From positions 226,272-290,271 of the forward strand of contig CAWEHW010000004.1 of assembly GCA_963809045.1 (NCBI GenBank): a stretch of 64,000 bases of DNA, read 5' to 3'. Below are positions 10,192 to 19,042 of the stretch, piece by piece (within the stretch, counting starts at the first letter, position 1; each line of letters begins with the position of its first letter). The position numbers were made by a program, and so were the translations under genes. Source of the DNA: an uncultured Chloroflexia bacterium (GTDB lineage: Bacteria; Chloroflexota; Limnocylindria; Limnocylindrales; CSP1-4). Below the pieces are notes generated by a model, which saw nothing but the letters and a program-made list of their open reading frames with translations, searched no databases and was not told where the DNA came from.

Positions 10192-11019
10192 ATGAAGCGA
10201 GCTGGAATCGAGTATCCCGATCGCGCCGAGCAATCTCGTGAAGTGAGCGGTGTGGTCACGTCGTCAGACGGCATGGCGATCCACTACGGGATCGAGGGGA
10301 CCGGCGACCCCGCGCTGGTCTTCGTTCATGGTTGGTCGTGCGATCGTTCGTACTGGGCTGGTCAGATCCGCGCCTTTGCTCCTCGACACCGGGTGGTCAC
10401 GTTGGACCTCGCCGGCCACGGCGAGTCGAGCGGCGGTCGCGATTCCTGGACGATGGCCAGCTTCGGTGGCGACGTCGCCGCCGTCGTCGATCACCTCGGC
10501 CTCGATGACGTCGTCCTGATCGGTCACTCGATGGGCGGCGACGCCATCGTCGAAGCGGCCCTGGCGTTGGCCGGCCGAGTCCGCGGCATCGTCTGGGTCG
10601 ACACATACGTCTCGCTCGATGGGCTGCGTAGCAATGCGGATGTCGCAGCGTTCATGGAGCCGTTCCTAAAGGATTTCGTCGCCTCGACCCAGGGGCTGGT
10701 GCGTCAGATGTTCCCATCTGGGGCCGACCCTGGACTCGTCGACCGGGTCGCAAGCCATATGTCATCGGCGCCGCCGGCAATCGCGCTCGACGTCCTGCGA
10801 CACGCGATCAGCAATGGCCAACGGATCGTGGACCGTCTGCCGGACCTGAATGTGCCGACGGTGGCGATCAATGCGGACTTCCGCCCGACCGATGCTGCCT
10901 CGTTGTCCGGGCATGGGGTTCGCCCTGTGCTGATGTCAGGCGTCGGCCATTTCCTGATGATGGAGGATCCCGACCAGTTCAACTGGGTCCTCGCAAACGT
11001 GATTCGAGATCTGGCCTGA
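10192..11019 (+). CDS. Alpha/beta fold hydrolase
   Basis: VFVHGW, DLAGHGES, GHSMGG, GVGHFLMMEDP. Confidence 0.9.
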   Translation: MKRAGIEYPDRAEQSREVSGVVTSSDGMAIHYGIEGTGDPALVFVHGWSCDRSYWAGQIRAFAPRHRVVTLDLAGHGESSGGRDSWTMASFGGDVAAVVDHLGLDDVVLIGHSMGGDAIVEAALALAGRVRGIVWVDTYVSLDGLRSNADVAAFMEPFLKDFVASTQGLVRQMFPSGADPGLVDRVASHMSSAPPAIALDVLRHAISNGQRIVDRLPDLNVPTVAINADFRPTDAASLSGHGVRPVLMSGVGHFLMMEDPDQFNWVLANVIRDLA

Positions 11020-11249
11020 CGCGCAGTCCGCGTGCGGTCCATCGCCGACGCCTCGGAAACAGATATCGAGATCGCCTCGGTGACAAATCCGGGCCGGGAT
11101 CCTGTTCCATACCGGCCCCCGGGCGTTCGCGCTGGCCGAGCGAGTGACGGCTGTCCCGATCTCGGCTCTGTGGGCCTCGGCGTAGAGCGTAAAACTGCAC
11201 CCGTTTCGCTCGGGGTCCCATTCGCGTGGCCACAACGCTCAGGCGGTCA

Positions 11250-11340
11250 GGCTCCGGAGGCCGACGCTCTATCCACTGAGCTACAGGCGCGGACCGCGAT
11301 GATACCCGCTGAGCGCGCCTGGACCTTCGGCGTCCGGTTC
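11250..11340 (-). repeat. Duplicated 5' half of tRNA-Arg(CCG) plus a diverged copy of its upstream promoter region
   Basis: 11250-11291 is identical (42 nt) to 6133-6174; the flank gatgatacccgcYgagcgcgSctRgaccttcggc is also conserved. Confidence 0.9.
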
Positions 11341-11425
11341 GACTTCTCCGCGATGGAACGATTACGTCGTCGGCGGACTCATGATGATGAGCGCGGCCAC
11401 CCGGCCGCGGCTAAGGCGGGTGCCG

Positions 11426-11719
11426 ATGCAGCGAGACCTCGTGATTCGCGCCAGGAGCGGCGATCATGACGCCTTCTCGACCCTTGCTGCGGGCGCCGTT
11501 GATCGACTCCATCGCACCGCCTGGCTGATCCTCCGCAGCGACGATGCGGCCGACGCCGTCCAGGAGTCGCTCCTCGCGGCATGGCTACACATCGCCGTAG
11601 TCCGTGACCCGGACCGGTTCGATGCGTGGCTCAATCGCCTGCTGGTCCACGCGTGCTATCGGCTGGCGAAGCGGGCGAGGCGCCACGAGGTCTCTGCGCG
11701 ATGCAGGCCCGCGCTCTGA
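11426..11719 (+). pseudogene. Truncated ECF sigma-70 factor (region 2 only)
   Basis: RARSGDHDAF...AADAVQESLLAAW...DPDRFDAWLNRLLVHACY, then stop; region 4 is missing. Confidence 0.7.
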
Positions 11720-12179
11720 GTGGCCTGTCATGGGAGCGCCCGGTGGGCTGATCGGACGTTGCGTTGAGCGCCCCGGGTTGGCTCGCCCGCCAGCGTCGAT
11801 GGCCAGACGGCGTTCTGCGCCGAGGTCGCCTTCTGTCCGTAGCGGGGAGCCGCGCCGGCGCCGTGGCCGCCTGAGGCCAGCCGCCGGTGCGTGCACGCCA
11901 CGCGCTCGCGCAAGGGTTCGAGCGGCAACGTTGCCCATCAGCACCTCAGGATCGACTAGTGGTGGCGGAACGCACCACTTTGTTGACGATGGCGTCGCGG
12001 ACGGGGCATCACCGATTGCGTTTGGCCGGTCGGGCACCTACGTTTCGATGAAGCGATAGTCGGCACGAGAGGCCCCGCCGACGACGCGACCGGGCCGTCT
12101 GTTTACGCGGGACGTCGTGCTGATGCTTCGGTTCCGCGCGCCTCAGCCAGGACGCGCTGAGTGCCGCGCAAGTCCCAGC

Positions 12180-12845
12180 GTGAGGGTCGATCGACGCGGG
12201 CAGAAAGGCGCCAACCTCAAGTCCCACGGGCAGTCCCTGGTCGAGTTCGCCATCGTCTTTCCGCTGTTCGTCCTCCTCCTGCTCGGCCTCGTCGAGTTCG
12301 GGTTCTTGTTCAACGCGACGCTGGCCGTGAACTTTGCTTCGAGAAACGCTTCGATGACCGCGGCCGTCGCCGGCGCGAACACGTGGAGCGACTGCAAGGT
12401 GCTCGAAGGGATCGAGGCCGACCTTGCGCCGCCACTGAACCGCGCGCTGATCCAGAACGTTGCAATCTTCCGGACGGACCGGGCAGGCAACCCGATCAGC
12501 CCACCGGCCCAGAACGTGTGGACGCGAAGCGGTTCGACGTCCTGCACCGGCCCCAATGGTGCGGCCTTCACCATCCCCTATGCCCTCGGGGTATCGCCGG
12601 ACGACACCTACCCGCCGACCACGCTGGCGCGCTGCGACCAGCTGAGCGGCTGCGAGCGCGAAATCAGCCCCGGTCCGCCACCGGTGCTTGCCTACGTCCC
12701 GCTCAATTCGATCGGCGTTCGGATCCTGTATCGCTACCAGTTCCACACGCCCCTGCGCAACCTGATCGGCTTTCTCCCCGGGGCCTCGACAGGCTACTTC
12801 GACATCTCCTGGTCGAACGTCATGCGCATGGAGCCGATCCTGTGA
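12180..12845 (+). CDS. TadE-family pseudopilin
   Basis: GQSLVEFAIVFPLFVLLLLGLVEFG prepilin motif, ASRNASMTAAV. Confidence 0.85.
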   Translation: MRVDRRGQKGANLKSHGQSLVEFAIVFPLFVLLLLGLVEFGFLFNATLAVNFASRNASMTAAVAGANTWSDCKVLEGIEADLAPPLNRALIQNVAIFRTDRAGNPISPPAQNVWTRSGSTSCTGPNGAAFTIPYALGVSPDDTYPPTTLARCDQLSGCEREISPGPPPVLAYVPLNSIGVRILYRYQFHTPLRNLIGFLPGASTGYFDISWSNVMRMEPIL

Positions 12846-13516
12846 AACCGGGGGTCCGACCCCGAAGGTTCTCAGGCCGAAGCTCCGGCCAACGCGGACA
12901 GGGCCTCTTCGAGTTCACTCTGGTCGTCCCGATCTTCCTGCTGATCATCGTGGGCATGCTCGAGTTCGGCTTCGCGTTCAACCACAACATGACGCTCGAG
13001 TTCGCCACGCGAGAAGGCGCCCGTGCCGGCGCCGCCATGGCCGATGGAACCGTCAAGGATGCGCAGTGCAGTGGGGCGGTCCTGACCCCGGCGAATGTGG
13101 ATCCCCTCGTGATCGCGGCGGTCCAACGCGTCCTGACGTCGCCGGGATCGATGGTCGAGATGACCCAGGTGTCGGAAGTCAGGATCTACGAAGTTCGGAA
13201 CGACGGGACCGTCAGTGGACTTGGAAACGTGTGGCGGTACCGGCCCGGGGACCCGGCGAACCCGGCGGTCCCCTGCCTGTCGCCGGCCCAGCCGCTCGAG
13301 TTCTTTGAAGCGTCGGCGAGCTGGCCCGCCGCCAGCCGGACGCTGACCAGCGGGACCCCTCCCGTGTGGAGTCCTGACTCCATCGGCGTGAGCATCACCT
13401 ACACCTACCAGTTCAGGACACCGCTTGGCGGGCTGATGCGGTTGATCGGGGGTGGCGGCTTCTCGAGCCTGCAGATCACCGACAGGACCGTCATGGCCAT
13501 CCAGCCAACGTCGTAG
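12842..13516 (+). CDS. TadE-family pseudopilin
   Basis: GQGLFEFTLVVPIFLLIIVGMLEFG, ATREGARAGA; GTGA overlap with the upstream gene. Confidence 0.85.
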   Translation: MKPGVRPRRFSGRSSGQRGQGLFEFTLVVPIFLLIIVGMLEFGFAFNHNMTLEFATREGARAGAAMADGTVKDAQCSGAVLTPANVDPLVIAAVQRVLTSPGSMVEMTQVSEVRIYEVRNDGTVSGLGNVWRYRPGDPANPAVPCLSPAQPLEFFEASASWPAASRTLTSGTPPVWSPDSIGVSITYTYQFRTPLGGLMRLIGGGGFSSLQITDRTVMAIQPTS

Positions 13517-13529
13517 CGAGAGATGTGAC

Positions 13530-15299
13530 ATGGGAGACGGCGCGAGGATCGAACGGCCAGACGACGACGGCAACGTGGCGCCCACGACCCGCCCGGACCG
13601 TCCAGGCCGTCCAGCTCGGCGCTCGTCCGGCCAGGTCCTGCCCATCTTCGTCGGATCGCTCGCGTTGCTCCTGGGCATGGCCGCCGTCGTCATCGACGTT
13701 GCCTGGTACTGGTCGAACACGGTCAAGGTCCAACGGGCGGCCGACGCTGCGGCGCTCGCGGGTGCGGTGTGGTTGCCCGCCAATGTCACGACGGCCTACA
13801 GCGTGGCCCTGACGGAGGCGCAGAAGAACGGCTTCGTCACCGGCGGGAGCGTGACGGTCACGCCGATCCAGGACTCGCTCGCGGTCGCGGGCGGCGGTGG
13901 GAACCCCCGCCAGCTCAACGTGACAGTCAGCGCGCCGGTGGGCACCTTCTTCGCGCGGATCTTCGGGATCGACTCGATCGTCGCGACGCGCGTCGCCAAG
14001 GCGGAGTACGTGCAGCCAGTCCCCATGGGCAGTCCGCTCAGCTACTACGGCGTGTTTCGGAACTGCAAGGTCAGCGGCTCGAGCATCGCCTGCTCGGATT
14101 TGCCGAGCGCGGCGGCGACCGGTACGCCGCCCCTGCCGACCCTCGCTTCGCAGGGGTTCTTCGGTGCGATCGAGGGCCAGGGCTCGAACCGCTCCACGGG
14201 CGATGCCTTCGCGCCCGCTTATAACGCCAGACCCACGCCGAACATCCAGTACGACCCGAACGGCTACGACTACCAGGTCGAGATACCAGCGGCGGGTGGC
14301 GCGGTGTGGATCTATGACCCGACGTTCTGTGCCACCACTTCCGGCCCGGGAGGAGGGCACCTGGGAGCCGGCGATCACTGGTTCGATGGAGAGAACGCCA
14401 TCCCCGTGTCGACGTACTTCCGGCTGTGGGACACGAGCGGCACGGCGTTCACGACGACCGATGACGTGCTCGTCTCGAGCTCGGGCAACACGTTCGCAAA
14501 CGAATTCCAGGTCGACAAGAGTCCGGCCTATGCGTCGGCCTCCGCCGCCGGCGGACTCAACAACGACTTCAAGGACGGGACCGACCCGAATTGGAGCAGC
14601 GCAGCGGACTGCCGGGCGCATGTCGCTCACAACAAATGGTGGCAGCTCGCAAGCAGCCTCGTGGCCGGAACCTACCGGCTGCAGGTGACCACGACCGACC
14701 CCGCCAACCCGACCGCCAATCAGAACCAGATGTTCGAGAACATGTGGTCGCTCCAGGTGGTTGGCGGCGGCAGCCCACGGATTTACGGCTCCGGTCGGAT
14801 GGTGTCCTACGCCAATATCCAGAGCGGCGACCAGATGTTCTACCTGGCGCAGATCGACCGTCGCTCGGGTGCCGGCAAGACCCTGCAGATCGACCTCTTC
14901 GATCCCGGCGACACCGCAGCCCCGACCTGGCTCCAGATCCTCAGCCCGGACGGCAACACGTACACACCCGTCCGGTTCAACTACACGGCGGATACGAACG
15001 CCACCCCCGGCCATACAACGGGAACGAACGTCACCTGCATCCAGACGCGTGGAGGGACCGGTTCCATGCCGCCCGTAGGGTGTCCGAGCGATCCGACGAC
15101 GAGCCCACCCGAGTTCTACCAGAACTCCTGGATCCGGATCACCATTCCGCTCTCGCTGAGTTATGGCTCGAGCGGGCTGACCCCGCCAGGGGAACCGGCG
15201 GCGGGCTGGTGGAAGATCAAGTACACCGTCAACAAGGGCAACGACACGACGACCTGGATGGTCAGCCTCCGCGGCAACCCGGTCCACCTTGTCCCGTAA
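13530..15299 (+). CDS. TadG-like pilus-associated protein
   Basis: GQVLPIF...VIDVAWYW...VQRAADAAALAGAVWLP Tad N-terminal motif, followed by a large Cys-containing extracellular region. Confidence 0.8.
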   Translation: MGDGARIERPDDDGNVAPTTRPDRPGRPARRSSGQVLPIFVGSLALLLGMAAVVIDVAWYWSNTVKVQRAADAAALAGAVWLPANVTTAYSVALTEAQKNGFVTGGSVTVTPIQDSLAVAGGGGNPRQLNVTVSAPVGTFFARIFGIDSIVATRVAKAEYVQPVPMGSPLSYYGVFRNCKVSGSSIACSDLPSAAATGTPPLPTLASQGFFGAIEGQGSNRSTGDAFAPAYNARPTPNIQYDPNGYDYQVEIPAAGGAVWIYDPTFCATTSGPGGGHLGAGDHWFDGENAIPVSTYFRLWDTSGTAFTTTDDVLVSSSGNTFANEFQVDKSPAYASASAAGGLNNDFKDGTDPNWSSAADCRAHVAHNKWWQLASSLVAGTYRLQVTTTDPANPTANQNQMFENMWSLQVVGGGSPRIYGSGRMVSYANIQSGDQMFYLAQIDRRSGAGKTLQIDLFDPGDTAAPTWLQILSPDGNTYTPVRFNYTADTNATPGHTTGTNVTCIQTRGGTGSMPPVGCPSDPTTSPPEFYQNSWIRITIPLSLSYGSSGLTPPGEPAAGWWKIKYTVNKGNDTTTWMVSLRGNPVHLVP

Positions 15300-15416
15300 C
15301 CGAGACTGAGGTCGGCATCCACCGAATGGTGGACGCCGGGTTCCACCGGATCGACCACGGCCGCGTGGACGGGTGACGGATGTGCCGGACGCGTTGCATC
15401 CGCGAACCTTGTCGGC

Positions 15417-15735
15417 ATGAACATCATCCAAGTTGCCGACCTCAAGAAACGCTATGGCGACCGCTCCGCGGTCGAGGGAGTGTCGTTCTTCGTCGAGGAG
15501 GGCGAGATCTTCGGGATCATGGGTCCCAATGGCGCAGGCAAGACCACCACGGTGGAATCCATCGCCGGCCTGCGACGCCCGGAATCCCGGTGATCGCCCT
15601 CGTGCTCCCAGCTCCGGACGCCCGCGCCGGACGCCTTGAGCGACCGCGAGCTGGAGGTCCTCACCCTGGTCGCCCAGGGTGAAACAAATCGCGGCGCGGC
15701 AGCCCGTCGGCGGCCTACGAGCGTGGGGTGCTGAC
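15417..15735 (+). pseudogene. Deletion relic: ABC ATPase 5' end abutting NarL-type response regulator fragments
   Basis: [14 protein letters not shown]...[12 protein letters not shown] stops at 15593; then LSDRELEVLTLVAQGETNR and, in another frame, AAYERGVL. Confidence 0.75.
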
Positions 15736-15756
15736 GAGGCGTTCCGATTAGGGCCG

Positions 15757-16320
15757 CTACGGAACGACGCGATAGGCGATATGGGTCGCGCCATCGGTTT
15801 CACTGACGCCCGCCTGTTCGAGCTCGACGCGCTCGGGAAGCTGGTCGAACAGCCGTCGCCCACCACCGAGCAGGACGTTGATGAGGTGGATCCGGATCTC
15901 GTCGACGAGGCCGGCAGCGAGGTACTGCTGATCGAGGTTGGCGCCCATTAACCCGATCCGCTTGTCGCCGGCCGCCTCCCGGGCCTTGACGAGAGCCTGC
16001 TCGATCCCGTCGGTGACGACCGTGAACACCGGACTCGCCGGTTCGAACGCTCGGTGGGTGACCACGAAACAGGGCACGTCGCCCAACGGGCCCTGGCCGC
16101 CCCACTCCTGGATCGAGTTGTCGTAGGACCGGCGGCCCATGATCACGGCGCCCGTTTCCTCGAGCAGGTTGCCGTACACCTTCTCGAACACCGAAGGGTC
16201 GTCGAACGCCCAGTTGTGGAGGCGCATCCCGTCTTCGCCAAGGCCTTGTCCGGGGACGTCGTTTGGCGCGGCGATGTACCCGTCCAGCGACATGCTCATG
16301 TCGATCACCACGGTGCTCAT
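15757..16320 (-). CDS. Dihydrofolate reductase/RibD C-terminal family protein
   Basis: MSMSLDGYIA, VIMGRRSY, GLVDEIRIHLINVLLGGGRRLF. Confidence 0.88.
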   Translation of the reverse strand: MSTVVIDMSMSLDGYIAAPNDVPGQGLGEDGMRLHNWAFDDPSVFEKVYGNLLEETGAVIMGRRSYDNSIQEWGGQGPLGDVPCFVVTHRAFEPASPVFTVVTDGIEQALVKAREAAGDKRIGLMGANLDQQYLAAGLVDEIRIHLINVLLGGGRRLFDQLPERVELEQAGVSETDGATHIAYRVVP

Positions 16321-16353
16321 GTCCGGGTCTCCTTCATGTGCGACAGCACCACC

Positions 16354-16373
16354 ATACAACAGAATGGTTGTAT
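16354..16373. promoter_or_regulatory. Palindromic operator ATACAAC-N6-GTTGTAT (probable ArsR site)
   Basis: Same TACAAC-N6-GTTGTA core as 18087-18104. Confidence 0.65.
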
Positions 16374-16392
16374 CCACGCCCGGTGGAGGCGC

Positions 16393-17979
16393 TCAGTCGG
16401 TCGCGCCCACCGGCTCGGCGGCGACGCCTTCGGGCTGCGCGGGCCTGGCGGGCACGCTGCGCAGGGCCGCCGCGGTCAGGATCGCCGTCGCGATCGCCAG
16501 GACCACGGATGCCGCGGCCACGAAATGGATCGCGTCGACGAACGCCACCTGTGCCGCCGCGACCAGGGCCGTCCCGAGGGCCTCGGGCAGTCCCTCAGCG
16601 ACCGCGAGCGCCCCACCGAGCGTGTCCCGGGCGGCTTCGACTGCCTCGGCAGGGATCCCCGGCGGGAGCGACTCGGCGACCTCGGTGCGATACACGGCGG
16701 TACCGACGCTGCCGAGGATCGCGATCCCAAGGGCGCCACCGAGCTCGCCGCTCGTCTCGGACATGCCCGTCGCGGCCCCGGCCTGCTCCGGCGGGGCGCT
16801 GCCCACGATCAGCTCGGTCGCCAGGGTGATCACCGGAGCAAGCCCGAGCGAGATGACGATGGACGCGACAACGATCAGCAGGATGCCCATCGCCGGATCG
16901 AGGCCAAGGCCGAGCAGCGTCGCCGTCCCGACGGCGGCGATCGTCATCCCGGCGCCCATGATCACCGACGGGCGGAAGCGATGGATGATCTTCGGGGCGG
17001 CCACCGACCCGACGACGAAGCCGATGGCCGAGGGGAGTGACCAGATGGCCGCCTCGATCGGCGACAGGCCCAGGACGAGCTGGAGGTACTGGGCAATGAA
17101 CAGGAAGTAGCCGACGACGACGAAGATGCCGAGCAGGTAGGTCCCGAGCGATGCCGTGAACGCGCGGATCCGGAACAGGCGGACGTCGATGATCGGCGAC
17201 TCGAGCCGAAGCTGGCGCCGCACGAACGCGAACCCGACTACGAGACCGGCGACGATCGACAGGACGGGCACGGTCGAGATGCCGTCCTGGGCGATCTGCT
17301 TCAACCCGAACACCACGCTGAGGATCGCGAGGAGCGACATCGCGGCGCTGACGATGTCCAGCCGGCGAGCGTTCGGATCCTTGTACTCGGGCAGGGTCCG
17401 CGGGCCGAGGATCAGCAGGAGCCCCATGACCGGAACGCCGATCAGGAAGACTGAGCCCCACCAGAAGAATTCGAGCAGGATCCCGCCGATGACGGGCCCT
17501 ACCGCGCCGCCGGCGGAGTAGGCCGCGATCCAGAACCCGATCGCCGTCGTTCGCTGCTTTTCGTCGAGGAACATGGTGAAGATCAGCGAGAGGGTCGAGG
17601 GCGCGACGGTCGCGCCGGCGATGCCCATGATGGCTCGGCTCGCGATGAGCATCTCCGAGCTCGTCGAGAAGGCCGCGAGGAGCGAGGCAAGCGCGAACCC
17701 AGCGGCACCGCCCAGCAGGAGCTTCCGGCGGCCGATGCGATCCCCGAGCGTCCCCATCGTGATGAGAAGGCCTGCGACCAGGAAGCCGTAGATGTCGATG
17801 ATCCAGAGGAGTTGCACGCTCGACGGCTGGAGCTCCGCGCTGATCCGCGGAATGGCCAGGTTGAGCACGGTCAGGTCCATCGCGTAGACCAGCGCAGCCA
17901 GGGTGAGCACGGCCAGACCGACCCATTCCCGCCGCGTCGCCCGTGGCGGTACGACGTATTCCAGTGGTGTCGGTTGCAT
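16393..17979 (-). CDS. 14-TM DHA2 MFS efflux pump (SmvA/QacA-like)
   Basis: DLTVLNLAIP, GTLGDRIGRRKLL, GPVIGGILLEFFWWGSVFLI. Confidence 0.9.
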   Translation of the reverse strand: MQPTPLEYVVPPRATRREWVGLAVLTLAALVYAMDLTVLNLAIPRISAELQPSSVQLLWIIDIYGFLVAGLLITMGTLGDRIGRRKLLLGGAAGFALASLLAAFSTSSEMLIASRAIMGIAGATVAPSTLSLIFTMFLDEKQRTTAIGFWIAAYSAGGAVGPVIGGILLEFFWWGSVFLIGVPVMGLLLILGPRTLPEYKDPNARRLDIVSAAMSLLAILSVVFGLKQIAQDGISTVPVLSIVAGLVVGFAFVRRQLRLESPIIDVRLFRIRAFTASLGTYLLGIFVVVGYFLFIAQYLQLVLGLSPIEAAIWSLPSAIGFVVGSVAAPKIIHRFRPSVIMGAGMTIAAVGTATLLGLGLDPAMGILLIVVASIVISLGLAPVITLATELIVGSAPPEQAGAATGMSETSGELGGALGIAILGSVGTAVYRTEVAESLPPGIPAEAVEAARDTLGGALAVAEGLPEALGTALVAAAQVAFVDAIHFVAAASVVLAIATAILTAAALRSVPARPAQPEGVAAEPVGATD

Positions 17980-18071
17980 GCTTGACGCTCCTTCCTGACG
18001 GCCCCGTGCCGTTGTCGATAGCAAGACCGCCAAAGGCCCGATGGCTCATCGGTCGGCTCCCGGAAGCGGGG

Positions 18072-18104
18072 TTGACAGACCTATTGTACAACCGTATGGT
18101 TGTA
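18072..18104 (+). promoter_or_regulatory. Sigma70 promoter overlapped by a palindromic operator
   Basis: TTGACA-17bp-TATGGT with TACAACCGTATGGTTGTA overlapping; ATG 7 nt after the -10. Confidence 0.75.
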
Positions 18105-18107
18105 TGC

Positions 18108-18446
18108 ATGCAGATCGCCCCGCCGGACTTCGACCGGATGTTTGGTGCCCTCGCGGACCGAACCCGCCGCGACATTGTCCGCCGGGCGATCGACGGCGAA
18201 GAAGGCGTCGCCGAGCTAGCCAGCCACTACGCCATGAGCTTCGCGGCCGTGCAGAAGCACGTCGCGATCCTCGAGCGTGCCGGGCTGGTCACCAAGGTCC
18301 GGATCGGTCGCCGCAAGGTGGTCCGCACCAACCGCGAAGGGCTCCGTGTCGCGCGTCGGCTGCTCGACCAGTACGAAGAGCTCTGGCGAGGGAGAGTGGA
18401 GCGCATGGATGCGCTCGTCGATGAAGCAAAGGAGATCGATCGATGA
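18108..18446 (+). CDS. ArsR/SmtB family regulator
   Basis: FGALADRTRRDI...MSFAAVQKHVAILERAGLV. Confidence 0.88.
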   Translation: MQIAPPDFDRMFGALADRTRRDIVRRAIDGEEGVAELASHYAMSFAAVQKHVAILERAGLVTKVRIGRRKVVRTNREGLRVARRLLDQYEELWRGRVERMDALVDEAKEIDR

Positions 18447-18949
18447 CCGTGACCTCTGTCCGCAAGGACGCCCAGGCCCTGACCATGACCGTGGAAGCCG
18501 AGTTCGCGGCATCGCCCGAGCGGGTCTGGCAGCTGTGGGCCGATCCGCGCCAGCTCGAGCGCTGGTGGGGCCCGCCAACCTATCCCGCGACCTTCACCAA
18601 GCATGCCCTCGCGCCGGGCAGCCGGGTCGAGTACCACATGACCGGGCCCGAGGGCGACCAGCCGAAGGGGTTCTGGGACATCGTCGAGGTCGATCCACCG
18701 AACGGCCTGGCGTTCCGTGACGGCTTCGCCAACGACGACGGCTCGCCAAACACCGATATGCCGCAGAACACGGCTCGTGTGCGGATCGAGGAGATCGGCG
18801 CCGGCCGAACAAGAATGTCCGTGGAGACCGCCTTCCCGAGCACCGAGGCGATGGAGCAGGTCCTGGCCATGGGCATGGAAGAGGGCCTGACCCAGGCGAT
18901 CGGCCAGATCGACGCGATCCTTGCCGAGGATGCCGTGGGCATCGGGTGA
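18443..18949 (+). CDS. SRPBCC (Aha1-like) protein
   Basis: FAASPERVWQLWADPRQLERWWGP, MGMEEG. Confidence 0.88.
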   Translation: MTVTSVRKDAQALTMTVEAEFAASPERVWQLWADPRQLERWWGPPTYPATFTKHALAPGSRVEYHMTGPEGDQPKGFWDIVEVDPPNGLAFRDGFANDDGSPNTDMPQNTARVRIEEIGAGRTRMSVETAFPSTEAMEQVLAMGMEEGLTQAIGQIDAILAEDAVGIG

Positions 18950-19042
18950 ACCCGTGCGCGAACCGCGCGCTCGAACCCGTGCCGATGAGATTGGCTCACG
19001 CAACCGGTCTATGAGGTACAAGCACCTCGAGAGGAGACGACA

